The notes under the pieces are model-generated. The model saw only the letters and a list, made by a program, of their open reading frames with translations. It was not told the DNA's origin and searched no databases. From assembly GCA_965219455.1 (NCBI GenBank), contig OZ244744.1, positions 3,808,001-3,872,000 on the forward strand: a stretch of DNA of 64,000 bases. The letters run 5' to 3'. The translations under genes were made by a program, and so were the position numbers. Origin of the DNA: Candidatus Latescibacterota bacterium (GTDB lineage Bacteria > Latescibacterota > UBA2968 > GCA-2709665). Shown here in pieces: positions 20,448 through 34,700 of this stretch; within the stretch, counting starts at the first letter, position 1; each line of letters begins with the position of its first letter.

Positions 20448-21737
20448 TCAGCCGCCCAGGAGTCGCCCGAGCGTGTCGATAACTTTCTGCCCGCCGGTGT
20501 AGCCGAAGAAAAGAAGGGTGGCGACGAGGATGGCGTTGACGACAGGGCTGCTCTTGAAGCCGGGTCCCACCCAGTCCAACCTGTTATTCATCATCAGAAG
20601 CGTGAGCGCTACCAGGGGCAGGAAGAACGAACCCAGGACGGCATAGGTGAGTTGGACCTCCGCCACCGAACCCCACAACAGGACGAGGGGCACTGTAGCG
20701 AGACCGACCAGGTAGGCGCGGTAGGCCGTGGATCGCGTGATGTCCGATTTCTGAAAGGCTTCAGGAGAGACCCCTTTACGCAGGGCGAGGAAATTCGCGA
20801 ACATGTAGGGATCGCTCTGCCAGACGCCGAGCAGGCTGGAGAAGACCGCGCCCCAGAAGCCCAGCAGGAAGGCCCACTTGCCCGGCGCCCCCAGCGCCTG
20901 TTCGAGTTGGCTTGACAGGATGAGGGCCAGCGATGCACCCTTCCCGTCCAGCGCGACGCGCGATCCGATGATAACCATGGCGACGCCGAACAGCGCGGTG
21001 ACGGTGTACCCCACGGCCAGATCAATGCGACAGGCTTTCACGCCCTCCCGCCCTTGCCTGCCCGTTTCCCGTATCCAGTAACCGTAAGAAAGCAGCGTGA
21101 CCGTCCCGCCGACGCCTCCCATCACGCCGAGGGTCCATCCCACGCCGCCGGGCGGGATGGCGGGAAAGAACAGGCCTTTGGCCAGGGCGTTCCAATCCGG
21201 ACCCAACAACAGGGCCGTGAGCAACACGGTAACGAACATCAATCCGATGCACGCCGACATGAGAACTTCAAAAACGCGAAAGCCGCCCATCCATACCAGG
21301 GCCAGACCGGCCAGGGCATGGACAACGCCCCACACGATCTTGGACGTCGCCGGATCGCCGATGGGAAGCAGACCGGTGCCCGCTACGCCGCAGGCCGTTA
21401 CCAGCGCGCCGCCCACGGAGAAGCTCCAGATGATAAGGTAGACAATGAAGACCCACTGCACCCAGGCGCCGAGCCGGTGCACCCAACCTTCCAGCATCGT
21501 GGTCCCGGTGGCCATCTGCCAACGGGCGATACCCTCGTTCAGGGTCCATTTGAGCAGCGCGCCGACCACGGCCGCCCAGACGATGCCAACGCCTATTTTC
21601 GAGCCGGCCAGGCTGGCCGTGAGCAGGTCTCCCGCGCCCACGCCGGTGGCGGCCATGAGAATGCCGGGAAGAATGAGAGCGGGTCTGAAACGCACACGGA
21701 ATCCGGGTTCGGGGTTCGAGGACGCAACACGCGGCAC
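20448..21737 (-). CDS. NRAMP-family divalent metal transporter
   Basis: PGILMAATGVGAGDL, KWTLNEGIARWQMATG, about 11 TM helices. Confidence 0.85.
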   Translation of the reverse strand: MPRVASSNPEPGFRVRFRPALILPGILMAATGVGAGDLLTASLAGSKIGVGIVWAAVVGALLKWTLNEGIARWQMATGTTMLEGWVHRLGAWVQWVFIVYLIIWSFSVGGALVTACGVAGTGLLPIGDPATSKIVWGVVHALAGLALVWMGGFRVFEVLMSACIGLMFVTVLLTALLLGPDWNALAKGLFFPAIPPGGVGWTLGVMGGVGGTVTLLSYGYWIRETGRQGREGVKACRIDLAVGYTVTALFGVAMVIIGSRVALDGKGASLALILSSQLEQALGAPGKWAFLLGFWGAVFSSLLGVWQSDPYMFANFLALRKGVSPEAFQKSDITRSTAYRAYLVGLATVPLVLLWGSVAEVQLTYAVLGSFFLPLVALTLLMMNNRLDWVGPGFKSSPVVNAILVATLLFFGYTGGQKVIDTLGRLLGG

Positions 21738-21813
21738 TGGACTGCGGCCACCTAAATAAGCAGGTGCCGGGAACCCGTCAAGCGAAAAACGCCGGCTCCC
21801 ACTGAATTGGCGC

Positions 21814-21842
21814 TTGACAGGGCGCCAACGGATTTCTATAAT
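21814..21842 (+). promoter_or_regulatory. Consensus sigma70 promoter for the TPR-eno operon
   Basis: TTGACA-N17-TATAAT. Confidence 0.85.
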
Positions 21843-21929
21843 TCAGCCACTGCTATTGTTCTGTCCCGGAAATAGATCGCCGAATGGTAACATAATTCCG
21901 GGGGCGGAACGCTGGGAGACATTGTGGCG

Positions 21930-25040
<3,111 letters not shown>

Positions 25041-25096
25041 CGTGACGGTTCTACCCGACGGGGTAACTGGCAGGTTGGAAACTACCCCGCGCCGAT

Positions 25097-26689
25097 TCAC
25101 GGCGTCTTTCCGAAATTCCGCGCGAACACAATGAAGTCCCCGAAAGAGACGATCCGGTCGGCATCAAGGTCGAAGGAGGGGTCGAAGCCGGGTTGGCCCG
25201 CAGATTTGCCAAAGCCCGCGGCAAATGCGATGAAATCCGGAAAATCGACCGTACCGCTGGCGTCGAAGTCCGCGGCTCCCGGAGTTCGTCCTTCGCGCGC
25301 GGTGAGAGAGAGGGTGTAGGTCTGAGGGCCGGCGGACGTGCGTGTGACGGCCAATACTTTTGGCGTGCCGCCGTAGAGACCGATGCGGCGGCGGGCGGTG
25401 TGAGGGACGGGTACGGCGGCGACGTCGAGTGTGCCGTCCCGTTCGGACACCAGTGTCACCAGCAGGTCGCTGTCGCTTCTGACATCGAGCGAGAGGCCCG
25501 CGAAACCCGACGTTCGAGGCACGAAATAGTCGATGCCCCAGAGCTGGAGGGCGCCGCCGAGGTCGTCGGCCGGAACCGCTACGGTATCTCTTCTGACCGG
25601 TCTGAGGGTGAGACCCCGGTATCCGGGTTCGCCCTCGTCGTTCACGAACACGGCCGCCGCCCAGTTGGCCCAGAATTGCTCGAAGCGCTCGCCCGCGTCG
25701 AGCGATTCCAGGGCAAGGTTGAACCCTTCAATACTGTTTGCCGGTTCGGCGACCAGTCGGGTGACGGCCGAATTGCCGTAGCGCTGGGCGAAGTAGGTCA
25801 TCAGCAGAAAGGTCTGGTCGAAGAGGAAAGGCAGGTAGCCGCCTTTGGACCAGCTGTCGGCATCCGTCAGGCCGGTATTGGGTGGTACAGAGACGGCGGA
25901 GTCCGACGATTTGAGCAGGTTGGGAACACGGAGGAAGTTCCGCGCGGCCGCGCCGGTCGTGTCCTTGTAACCGCAGGCCAGTTCGGCGTATTCTGAACAG
26001 CCCTCGTCCACCCATCTGTGTTCGTCGGGATCGGCGTTCCAGTGCAGCATGTGCTGGAACTCGTGGGCAAGGGTGGCCCGCGCCAGGTCGCTGTCGAGGT
26101 CCAGGGGATTGCTGTCGATGTAGAGGATTTCCCTGCCGACCGGCGCCGCCTGGTTCGCGGTATCGTAATACCCCACGAACGTGCCGCCCAGACTGCTGTC
26201 CATAATATCCAGTATAACGATCAGGACCCGTGGATCGCCGTCCGCGTCGGGCGGGGGGCCGAAGATCTCGGTATCGATGGAGAAAATGCCGCGTTCGCGA
26301 TACCGGGGGGTGGACCGGTCGAAGGCCAGGGCGAGGGTTGCGACAGCGGCGGGATTCACGCGGGGTCCGTTCCAGATATCGTCCTCCACGAAGATATAGC
26401 AGTGTTCGCCCTTAAAACGGCACGTGGTTGTGGTCAGATAGAACGGATCGGAACCCGCAACCGCGCCGAAATTATACGCACGAACGGTCAGGGGGTCGCC
26501 GACGTCAAACGTCTCGGCGGCCGTTTTTTTTGCCGCGGCGCCGGGATGTGGACGCACGGACAGGTAGGGAGTACCGCAGCGGGCGTCCGGGTCGGCGAAC
26601 ACGGCGGAATTGAGCAGCAGGCAGAACACCATCCCTGCTGAGGCAGGAAGCCAGGCGCAAGCCGCCGGATTAGAGACGGTCGAAGTCAA
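25097..26689 (-). CDS. Secreted M30-like zinc peptidase with dockerin-like tail
   Basis: CGT propeptide, TLAHEFQHMLH, WVDEGCSEYA, DFDASGTVDFPDF tail. Confidence 0.8.
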   Translation of the reverse strand: MTSTVSNPAACAWLPASAGMVFCLLLNSAVFADPDARCGTPYLSVRPHPGAAAKKTAAETFDVGDPLTVRAYNFGAVAGSDPFYLTTTTCRFKGEHCYIFVEDDIWNGPRVNPAAVATLALAFDRSTPRYRERGIFSIDTEIFGPPPDADGDPRVLIVILDIMDSSLGGTFVGYYDTANQAAPVGREILYIDSNPLDLDSDLARATLAHEFQHMLHWNADPDEHRWVDEGCSEYAELACGYKDTTGAAARNFLRVPNLLKSSDSAVSVPPNTGLTDADSWSKGGYLPFLFDQTFLLMTYFAQRYGNSAVTRLVAEPANSIEGFNLALESLDAGERFEQFWANWAAAVFVNDEGEPGYRGLTLRPVRRDTVAVPADDLGGALQLWGIDYFVPRTSGFAGLSLDVRSDSDLLVTLVSERDGTLDVAAVPVPHTARRRIGLYGGTPKVLAVTRTSAGPQTYTLSLTAREGRTPGAADFDASGTVDFPDFIAFAAGFGKSAGQPGFDPSFDLDADRIVSFGDFIVFARNFGKTP

Positions 26690-26750
26690 GCCGTTTCCGC
26701 CCTTTCACGGCTGTGAGGGGATCGTACGGGCGATCATTGAGCGTTAGAAC

Positions 26751-27398
26751 TCAGAAACCGTGTCCGAGGCTTGCGTACAGGCCGCCGCGAGGGTCCACGT
26801 GAAGCTTGACGCCGGCGCCCCGTGTACGGGTCTTGCGTGCGATGGAAGCCGCATTGAGAGCGCTGGCGAAGCGATTGAATATGAGGCCGCCGACAAAGAG
26901 GAAAGCTTTCTGTTCAGCGGAAGTGGCCTTGCTGCGTAGATCCTGAAACTTGATGCGGGAGGCTTTGGCATCCCATTCCCAGATCCGGTCGGGGGTTTCG
27001 GCCCGAAGATTCGCATGTTCGCCGGCGAGGAAGCGTTCGCGCTGGTTTCGGTTGTAGATGCTGTCGAAGTTTCCCACTTCCTTGATGAAGGACTCGGGCA
27101 GGTTCTCCAGATGAATACCGGCATGGGCGGCGGCATAGGCGCGATACGTATCGATACGGTAGGACTCCAGGACACGGAACGTGGCCATGCCGGTCCAGCA
27201 GATACCCTCCGTAGCCAGAAAGAAGCGTGCGGATCGGCGGCCGCCGGCGTAGAACTCGCCCAGACCGGGCAGAACGAGCGATAGCACCGCGGCTTTGGCC
27301 GGAGACTTACCCTTCGCGTGTCCGGCGGCGGGCGCGCAGATCAGGAGGAGGGACAGGACCGCGAGAAAGACAAGGGCTTTTGAAAAAGGGTTTGCCAT
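26751..27398 (-). CDS. Hypothetical membrane/secreted protein (DUF5683-like)
   Basis: Signal peptide; KSPAKAAVLSLVLPGLGEFYAG; paralog of the adjacent ORF. Confidence 0.65.
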   Translation of the reverse strand: MANPFSKALVFLAVLSLLLICAPAAGHAKGKSPAKAAVLSLVLPGLGEFYAGGRRSARFFLATEGICWTGMATFRVLESYRIDTYRAYAAAHAGIHLENLPESFIKEVGNFDSIYNRNQRERFLAGEHANLRAETPDRIWEWDAKASRIKFQDLRSKATSAEQKAFLFVGGLIFNRFASALNAASIARKTRTRGAGVKLHVDPRGGLYASLGHGF

Positions 27399-27432
27399 GC
27401 AGGTTGTTTCGGAAAAACGCATTGCCAGGCGA

Positions 27433-28164
27433 TCAGAACGGGAGGTGGATTGCCACTTCGGTCCGGTCCGGCCCGGGCGATATGGAGATTCGCATCGACC
27501 GTGCCCGTGTCGCGGCATGTATGGAACTCGCGATGCGGTTGACAACGGTCAGGCCGACAATGACCGAGGCGCGTTTGAGCAGTTTGTTGCTCTCGTTGCG
27601 CCGGTCCTCGTAGTCGACGCGCTGGTTGGAGGCGACGTCGCCGTTTCCGGTTTCGAAGCCCACGTCGCGGACGTCGCTCCAGCCGAATACAAACTGGTTG
27701 TACTTGCCGATCATTTCGTAATACTGCTGAGTGTCCACAGTGTGGCATCCCTCCAGGGCGCGTTTACAGGGCAGAGTCTCGGTTTCAATATAGGGCGAAC
27801 CCTTGGACCGGTTGGATTGCTGCCAGGCGCGATACCGTGTTTCGTCCCAATTTTGGTCCGCAAAGGCGCGAAATTCCGCCTTGAGGTCGTTGCCCTTGCT
27901 CCGCCAGCGGAGGTAGTTGAACCACGTGAACGCTTCGATCCCGAGGAAAACAGCCGCCCGTTTCGGCTCCCCCGCGTAGAGTTCGCCCAAACCCGGAACC
28001 ATGAGAGACATCACAAAGGCCAGTTTGGGCGATTTGCCGCCGGTCTGCAGGGGTTCGTCATCCTGCAGCCATCGATTCGCGCGGGATGGGCCGTGGTCGA
28101 GCAGGTCCGCGGCATGGACCGGGAGAGCGGCCAGCAGGATCAGGAATGGAATGACGCAGCGCAC
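27433..28164 (-). CDS. Hypothetical membrane/secreted protein (DUF5683-like)
   Basis: KSPKLAFVMSLMVPGLGELYAG; QQYYEMIGKYNQF. Confidence 0.65.
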   Translation of the reverse strand: MRCVIPFLILLAALPVHAADLLDHGPSRANRWLQDDEPLQTGGKSPKLAFVMSLMVPGLGELYAGEPKRAAVFLGIEAFTWFNYLRWRSKGNDLKAEFRAFADQNWDETRYRAWQQSNRSKGSPYIETETLPCKRALEGCHTVDTQQYYEMIGKYNQFVFGWSDVRDVGFETGNGDVASNQRVDYEDRRNESNKLLKRASVIVGLTVVNRIASSIHAATRARSMRISISPGPDRTEVAIHLPF

Positions 28165-28185
28165 GTGAGACTCCTGTTTAAAAAA

Positions 28186-28570
28186 AGCTGTCAGCTTTCA
28201 GCCATCAGCGGTCAGCTTAAAGCAAAAACCAAGAACCGAACAGCAAAACGTAAACGTCAGCACCGTTGTTGTCTTAGTAGGGGCAACTCGCGAATCGCCC
28301 ACATTGCGGGCGCAGGTTCTGCGATCCCTTATCCGACCGCTTCGCACGACTTTTGCGACGAGCAAGACGTGTATTTTGTGCTGGGACAGACGGGCAATCG
28401 AAAAACCGGTCGGGTGCTGGGGTCGTCTACCGATTTTCATCTCGCCTCTCCCCGCACGAGACCTACCCCCAATCCCTCTTCCTCAAGGAAGGGGGAAACT
28501 GTCATCGCTTGATGGACGCCTGGTTTCGCTCCCCCTCTCCCCCTGGGAGAGGGGGCCGGGGGGTGAGGGT
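28186..28570. repeat. Cluster of intergenic repeats (cagc heptamers, GTAG-type REP, paired CCCTCTCCC..GGGAGAGGG elements)
   Basis: tcagctttcagccatcagcggtcagc; gtaggggcaactcgcgaatcgccc; ccccctctccccctgggagagggggccgggggtgaggg. Confidence 0.55.
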
Positions 28571-28584
28571 CTCCCGTTTTACGT

Positions 28585-31500
28585 CTACCTTCCTCCGACG
28601 CTTTGCAGGTATCCGAAAAGCAGGGTGAAGTAGATTTTGAAACCGCTTTTTTCCAATACCTCGCCGGGGACAACACGCGGCAACGTGTCCATGCCGTAGG
28701 CGACGTCGAGGCTGGCGCGGGTCGGAAAGATGTAAAAGGAGGTGGCGTCGTAACGGATCTGGACACCGAGATCTCTCTTCCAGCCGCGGTTGAGCACCTT
28801 GTCCATATCGTTTCCGTCCCAGGCGCGGCCGATGCCGGCGAAGATGGATCCGAAGAGCTGGTCGGAGTAAATGGGGCCGGTCTGCCGATCCATTCCTGTC
28901 CGGATCGGGAAACGGTACGCGGCGCGAAACATGGCGACCCTCCGCCCTTCCAGGCTATAAAACGTATAACCTTTCATGTAAGGCAAGCCACCCAGAAAAT
29001 AATCGAAGTAGTCATCCACTTCTCTGTCGATCAGCCCGCCGTAGAAACGCAGCCCCAGGGTGCCGCGTCCGGGACCCACCGGCAGGTATTCGTTCCAGCT
29101 CAGTGTAAACCGGTTGTAAAAGTAGCGGTCGAACGTTTCGATCAGAAGGGACGAATTTTCTTTAAACCCGCTGATGAAGAAATTAAACTGACGGTCGTAG
29201 CGGAACCTCATCTCCCGGCCGGCTCGCGGGTTGATTTCCCGGTCTCTGGTACGGCGGATGTTGCGCATCGAATACGTGAACGCAAAATTGAAGCCATGTT
29301 GGGTGGTGGCGCCCACGCTTACTTCGTCCATGCCGTTGAAACGGGCCACGTCCTGGCCTGTGGACGACAGGTTGTAGATGAATCGGGCGTCCAGGCGGCT
29401 GCCGGTGCCAAGCCTGCGCCAGGCTCCAAGTTCCACGCCGGAGAGCGTGAATGTCTGGCTGAAGATGCGGAAGTTTTCGTCCCGGTTGAGTACGTCTTCT
29501 TCTTCGTGACGGACGGCTCGATAGGCTTCCAGAAAGACCGTGGGACGCCAACGGCGATATTCGTAGACGGCGAAGAGATCCAGGTCCCTGTCACGGGCGG
29601 CCATGGCGCCCACAAGGAGGGACTGTTTGTTGAGAATGTCGTTGGAACCGGCGAAGATACCCAGCTTCACCTTTCCCGCGTCCACGGCAATGCGGGGGTA
29701 GATCGAGCACGTGGAGAATTCGTTGCCGTAGGACCGGCCTTCCGGACCGGCTTCATCACCCGCAGCGGCGGCGGGCGGCTGCCCGTCCCCGGGCTGGAAG
29801 ATGGTGGAAGGTACCGGCTCCCACGCGCCTTTTCCGGATAGGATTCGGATCTCATATCCGGTTGCCCCGTAATGGGAGAAGGCAATCCGATGGTCTTCCG
29901 GATTGACGTGCGGTTGCAGGGCGCCGCCCAGAACGCGGGTAACGCGGTGAACGGCCCCGTCGACCAGGCCAAAATGGTAGAGATTGAAGATGCCGTCCTG
30001 ATCAGACGAAAAAACCAGACCTGCCCCATCGGGAGTCCAGGAGGGATCGCGGTCGGTGCCCGCGGAGGCGATGACGGTGCTCAACCGTCCGCCATCCGCG
30101 GGTATGATGGCGATATTCCTGGTATCCTTCGGACGGAAGACCGAACAGGCGATTTGCGAACCGTCGGGCGACCAGCGCGGCGTGTAAACCTGTGAACCGT
30201 CGTCGAACGACGTGAGCCGGCGGACGTTTTCACCGTCGACTTCCATCACGGCCAGGTTGGTCGAGCCGCGGCCGTTAACGACGAAAGCGATCTGTTTTCC
30301 ATCGGGCGAATAGGCCGGATAGCTGGCCCGGAGGCCCCGGGTCAGACGATTCTGATTGGGTGGCAATTCGAGAGATAGACCGAGTGTCGCCCTGGTTTTT
30401 TGAAACAGGCCCCTTCCCCGAGACGCGGTCGGGTCGACGGTGTAAAGATCCCGGAACCGGGAACCGTGTCTGTCGGGTGGGCTGCGGCGCGCATAAATCA
30501 GGCGGGAGCCGTTCGGTGACCAGTCCGGCGCCGTGTCGGCGCCGCCGGCGAGCGTCTCGGACGTACTGTCGGAAAGGGTATGTACAACCAGGGCGGTACG
30601 GCCGAAGTCGTTGCCCTGGTTGGACAGATAAGCCAGTTGTTTCCCATCCGCCGACCAGCGGGGGTGGAGGTTGAAGTACCCCTTGCCGTGCAGGATTTCG
30701 CCGTCGACAAGCCGTCCCTCCAGTTCGGCCTTCTGGACTTCGTACCGCTCTTCCAGGGCGGTAACCCAGCGCCGGTGGAGTTCGCGCCCGGAAATACCGA
30801 TTGCGCCACGGACCGCTGATTCGAAGTCCGTCCGCCAGAGCGTGGTCATATTGCGATAGATCCCCGGTAATTTGTCTTCACCGAAGGTGTTGACGATAAA
30901 CAGGGTGAGGGCGTAGCCGTGGTCGTACACTTTTTCAAGTCCCAGACCGGTCTTGGAGCCGAATACCCCCATTTCATCGTAGGTGAGCAGTCGGTCGTTC
31001 AAGGTGGCCATGCGCAGGATCATGTCACGGTGGGAGTCCCATCGGTCGAAATGGACGTCCGGGGCCATGTATTGGGCGGTACCTTCGGCGAACCATGGCG
31101 GTACGATGGTGAGGGGGATGGCGTAAGATGCAAAGACATCCGGATAACCCGTGAGAATATCGTCGCGCCGCTCTTCGTTCTGGTAGCCCAGATAGTGGAA
31201 GTAAACGGCAGGCAGACGCCGTGGACCCTTGCGGGCCGTCTGCAGGGCGATGATGTGGGTGAATTCATGGGCGATCACGTTCCGGAGCCAGTCGGTGTCG
31301 CCGCGCAGTTCGAAATCCAGGTTGGATGCCCAGATTTCCATGGTGTTGTGGTAATAGAAGGCCGCGCCATTGGCGTAGTCGTCGGTGTCCTTTACAATCA
31401 GGCGGATTTTTTCGTCCGGTGTGAACTTGTAAAACTTCGTAACAGGTCCGTACACGGCTTCGGCGGCCGTTGCGGCGCGACGGGCAAAGTCGGTGAGGCC

Positions 31501-31701
31501 CTGATGGTAGTATATTTTGAAGTGCGCGGTCTCCAGGACCTCCCAGCGCAATTCGGGATGGTTGGCGTCGAACTGGGCGCCTGCCGGCAGTGACGCCGAC
31601 AACATCAGGGCAAGGCAAATCCTGAAGATCGTGCCCGATGAACAACGCGTTTGGCCGTTATTGTACGCCTGCGGTCTGCATTGTATATCCATCGTAACCA
31701 T
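28585..31701 (-). CDS. Omp85/BamA-like protein with N-terminal MA-clan peptidase and PD40 (TolB-like) repeats
   Basis: HEFTH + WFAEGTA; PRWSADG/PAYSPDG/PRWSPDG repeats; C-terminal barrel with FLGG..MKGYTFYS. Confidence 0.8.
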   Translation of the reverse strand: MVTMDIQCRPQAYNNGQTRCSSGTIFRICLALMLSASLPAGAQFDANHPELRWEVLETAHFKIYYHQGLTDFARRAATAAEAVYGPVTKFYKFTPDEKIRLIVKDTDDYANGAAFYYHNTMEIWASNLDFELRGDTDWLRNVIAHEFTHIIALQTARKGPRRLPAVYFHYLGYQNEERRDDILTGYPDVFASYAIPLTIVPPWFAEGTAQYMAPDVHFDRWDSHRDMILRMATLNDRLLTYDEMGVFGSKTGLGLEKVYDHGYALTLFIVNTFGEDKLPGIYRNMTTLWRTDFESAVRGAIGISGRELHRRWVTALEERYEVQKAELEGRLVDGEILHGKGYFNLHPRWSADGKQLAYLSNQGNDFGRTALVVHTLSDSTSETLAGGADTAPDWSPNGSRLIYARRSPPDRHGSRFRDLYTVDPTASRGRGLFQKTRATLGLSLELPPNQNRLTRGLRASYPAYSPDGKQIAFVVNGRGSTNLAVMEVDGENVRRLTSFDDGSQVYTPRWSPDGSQIACSVFRPKDTRNIAIIPADGGRLSTVIASAGTDRDPSWTPDGAGLVFSSDQDGIFNLYHFGLVDGAVHRVTRVLGGALQPHVNPEDHRIAFSHYGATGYEIRILSGKGAWEPVPSTIFQPGDGQPPAAAAGDEAGPEGRSYGNEFSTCSIYPRIAVDAGKVKLGIFAGSNDILNKQSLLVGAMAARDRDLDLFAVYEYRRWRPTVFLEAYRAVRHEEEDVLNRDENFRIFSQTFTLSGVELGAWRRLGTGSRLDARFIYNLSSTGQDVARFNGMDEVSVGATTQHGFNFAFTYSMRNIRRTRDREINPRAGREMRFRYDRQFNFFISGFKENSSLLIETFDRYFYNRFTLSWNEYLPVGPGRGTLGLRFYGGLIDREVDDYFDYFLGGLPYMKGYTFYSLEGRRVAMFRAAYRFPIRTGMDRQTGPIYSDQLFGSIFAGIGRAWDGNDMDKVLNRGWKRDLGVQIRYDATSFYIFPTRASLDVAYGMDTLPRVVPGEVLEKSGFKIYFTLLFGYLQSVGGR

Positions 31702-31708
31702 CAGACGT

Positions 31709-34700
31709 TTATTTGATGATCGCGGTTTTTACGAACCGGACTTCGGATCGTTCTTCCGAGATGGCTTCCACGCGGCATACGTAGAAACCGCTGGCATAGT
31801 CGCCGGTGTTCCAGCGGAGTTCATTGTCCGTACGGGGCGTCGGATTTTCCATGGCCATCCGGTCCACGATTTCTCCCATCGCGTTGAGCACGGCCACCTG
31901 GATACGGGCGTCGTTCCCCAGGAAAAACCGAATGGTTGCCGACGTCCCTCGTACGGGGTTGGGATAGCAGTAGATCTGGTCCGGCGGCAGGAGCAGCGAC
32001 GTGGTTTCCGATGGCGGATCGCTGGGCAGCGTGAGAAGACGACTCGCGTTTCCCGGCCCGCCTCCTGCCTGGCTCCAGACCAGATGATTGCCCGTAAAGT
32101 GGGCGTCGAAGGTTTCCAGGTGCCAGAGATGCGCCCCACCGTCCACCGTGAACACGACCAGTTCGAGGGTGCCGTCGCCGTCCAGGTCGTCAACCAGGGG
32201 GGAGGTATGAACCGGGCCTGAGAGGGGCAGGGGAAAGGACGCAAGGCTCGAGCCGTCGGCGCCAAGACCGTACACCAGACCGCCCTGTGTGGCCGCGAAG
32301 ATGTCCAGGTCGCCGTCCAGGTTGACGTCGGCAAGGGCGGGTGGCGCTGATATCAGACCGGTTTCGTCCTTGAGAGGAAACGCGAGCGGCGTATCGGTCT
32401 GGTGCACCCCGTTGAAGCGTACCACCCACAGGCGTCCCTCGCCGCCGAAGACCACCTCGATGTACCCGTCTTCGTCCAGGTCGCCCAGGACCGGCGCCGA
32501 TCCCGCGCCCCCGGGTACGGGATCGCTTTGCGCCGTCATTCTCCCACTGGAAAAAATCGATACCACACCGTGCGCGTCCAGCGTCACGATCTCATCCCGG
32601 CCGTCCCGATCCAGGTCGCCCATTACGGGGCCTCCAAGAACGGGTTCGGCAAGGGTCGCCAGTTGAAATACCCGTCCATCCGCTTCAGCAACGAAGAGCT
32701 CGCCCGGGCCGGACAGGGCGACAAGCTCGTTGGCCGGATCGTCGTCCACGTTCCCCGCCGCCAGGCTGGTGACGGGTCCGCTGCCCATTTGCGTGATACC
32801 CGTATTCTTTCCTTCCAGGTTTCCCCAGGTGACGGCGCCGTTCGTCCAGCCCCAGATATCCACGGTCCGATCCGGAAATCTCGCGACAAGGGGCGGACAG
32901 GAGATGTCGGGCTCCGGACCGGGTGTCGTGACTGCCGACGGAGCGGCGGTGTTTTTTCGGCTCCAGAGGACCGGCGTGGGTCCCAGCGAGTAGACGAAGT
33001 CGTCTTCGCCGTCCCCGTCGATATCCCCCACGGCGGGGGTAAAGGAGCTGAAGAACGGAAACGTGGCGTCCGGCGCGAGTGCGGCAGGATTTCCGGATAG
33101 GGACAGCGGCAGGGCGTTCGGGCCCGCGGGCCCCGTCCCGGCCGGTCCGGAACCGATGTCGCCGCCGCTGCGGAGGATTTCCTTAACGCCGTCGCCGTCC
33201 AGGTCGATCGCCCGGGGGGCCTGCAGACCCACGTGCGCCAGCCCGGTTGCCGGCCATGCGTCCTGCTGGTAGTCAAACGTGATTGCCACGTCCATGGTAT
33301 CGGCGGGAGAACCGACGACCTGAATCGTGATACCGGTGGGATGGTTCAGGTTGCTGTTGGTACCGGGCACCGTATCCGGCCCTAAGACGGTGGCGTTGCC
33401 TGCGTAGAACGGATCCCGAGCGCCGCCTTCAATGGCATCCAGGCTGATGATGCCGGCCTGCACGATACGGTCCGCGGCGTTGTTGCCGATATCTTCCAGG
33501 CCGTCCGCTTCCTCCAGCGAGATGCCGCGCCGATATTGCCCCGGGGCGATGAGATACTGCGGATTGCTGTTGACGGCAATGCCCTCACCGCTGGCCCGGA
33601 TGACGGCGTCGTCGACGTGCCAGATCAGAATGCCGGAACCCGGAATGAAGGCGTCGTAGTCGTCCACCGAGAGCCAAACGCGTTCTCCGGGCGAGAATTC
33701 GATTTTCGGCGTCCGCCCGTATACTTCGAGCCGGGAGATGCGGTTTTCCAGGAGAAAGTACTCGGTGGCGCTGACAGGGACTTTCACGGCACGGTGCAGG
33801 TCGGAGCCGACAACGTGCGGCGCAACCAGCCGCAGGGTGTCGTTCCGCGTGACAACCGTCGGCTCCAGCCATCCGAGCCGGATGCGCGACCACGCGAGCA
33901 GGCGGCTCGGGACGAAACCGATGAGCAGGCTGTCCCGTGGTTCGCCGGTCAGCGGCTGAAGGTTCAGGCGGGCGGCGGAGGCCACGGCGCCGGGACCGCC
34001 GGTATCCAGCGGGCTCCAGTCTCCCACCGCGGGGAGTTCATCTTCAAAATTGGACAGCCCGGGCAGGCCGAGCTGATGAGCGAAAAAACGAACCAGAGTG
34101 CCGTTCAGACCGCCCCTCCCGTCCGTACTGACGGCTTCGGGAAGCAACATGCCGTTTTGAACGACTGCCCCACCGTCGTCCACCCCGATTGGCCCGTTCG
34201 CGAACCGGTCAAGATCGTTACGGGAAACAAAGGCGGACGGAATATCGTTGACGGCCTGCCCGCCGGCTTCCGCGCCAAGCCCGGCGTGAAAGACCACGAA
34301 GGCCTGGAAACCGGAAAAATCCAGGTTTTCACCTTCGGCGGTGTCGGCGGCCGCGATGCCATCGTGAAAAAGCTGCGTGATGCGCTGGGCGATCTCGTCG
34401 CGGGTGCGTCCGTTGCCGTATTCCTTCAGGGGCCTGTCTATGACGTAGCTGCCGTCCGTATCCTCCGGAAACACGGTGTATTCGATATCAAGTTGCCCGT
34501 CGGAAACTTCCAGATAATAGTTGCGCAGGGCCTGAAGGTGCGCTGTAAAATAGGATCTGTCGTGCGGGGGGGCGTCGAAGGGGAAGATATAGCCATCGCG
34601 GGCCTCGTCGAAAGTCCGGAGATCGAAGGCGCCGTTTCCGCTGGTGGTCCCGTCGTCGGGATCTTCCTCTGAAAAGGAGACCCGTACAGCCAGGATGCGC

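Noticed and set aside
27295-28512. 405-aa plus-strand ORF and similar long antisense ORFs (28603, 33536, 59878)
   Set aside because: GC-rich shadows of real genes on the opposite strand, with no motifs.
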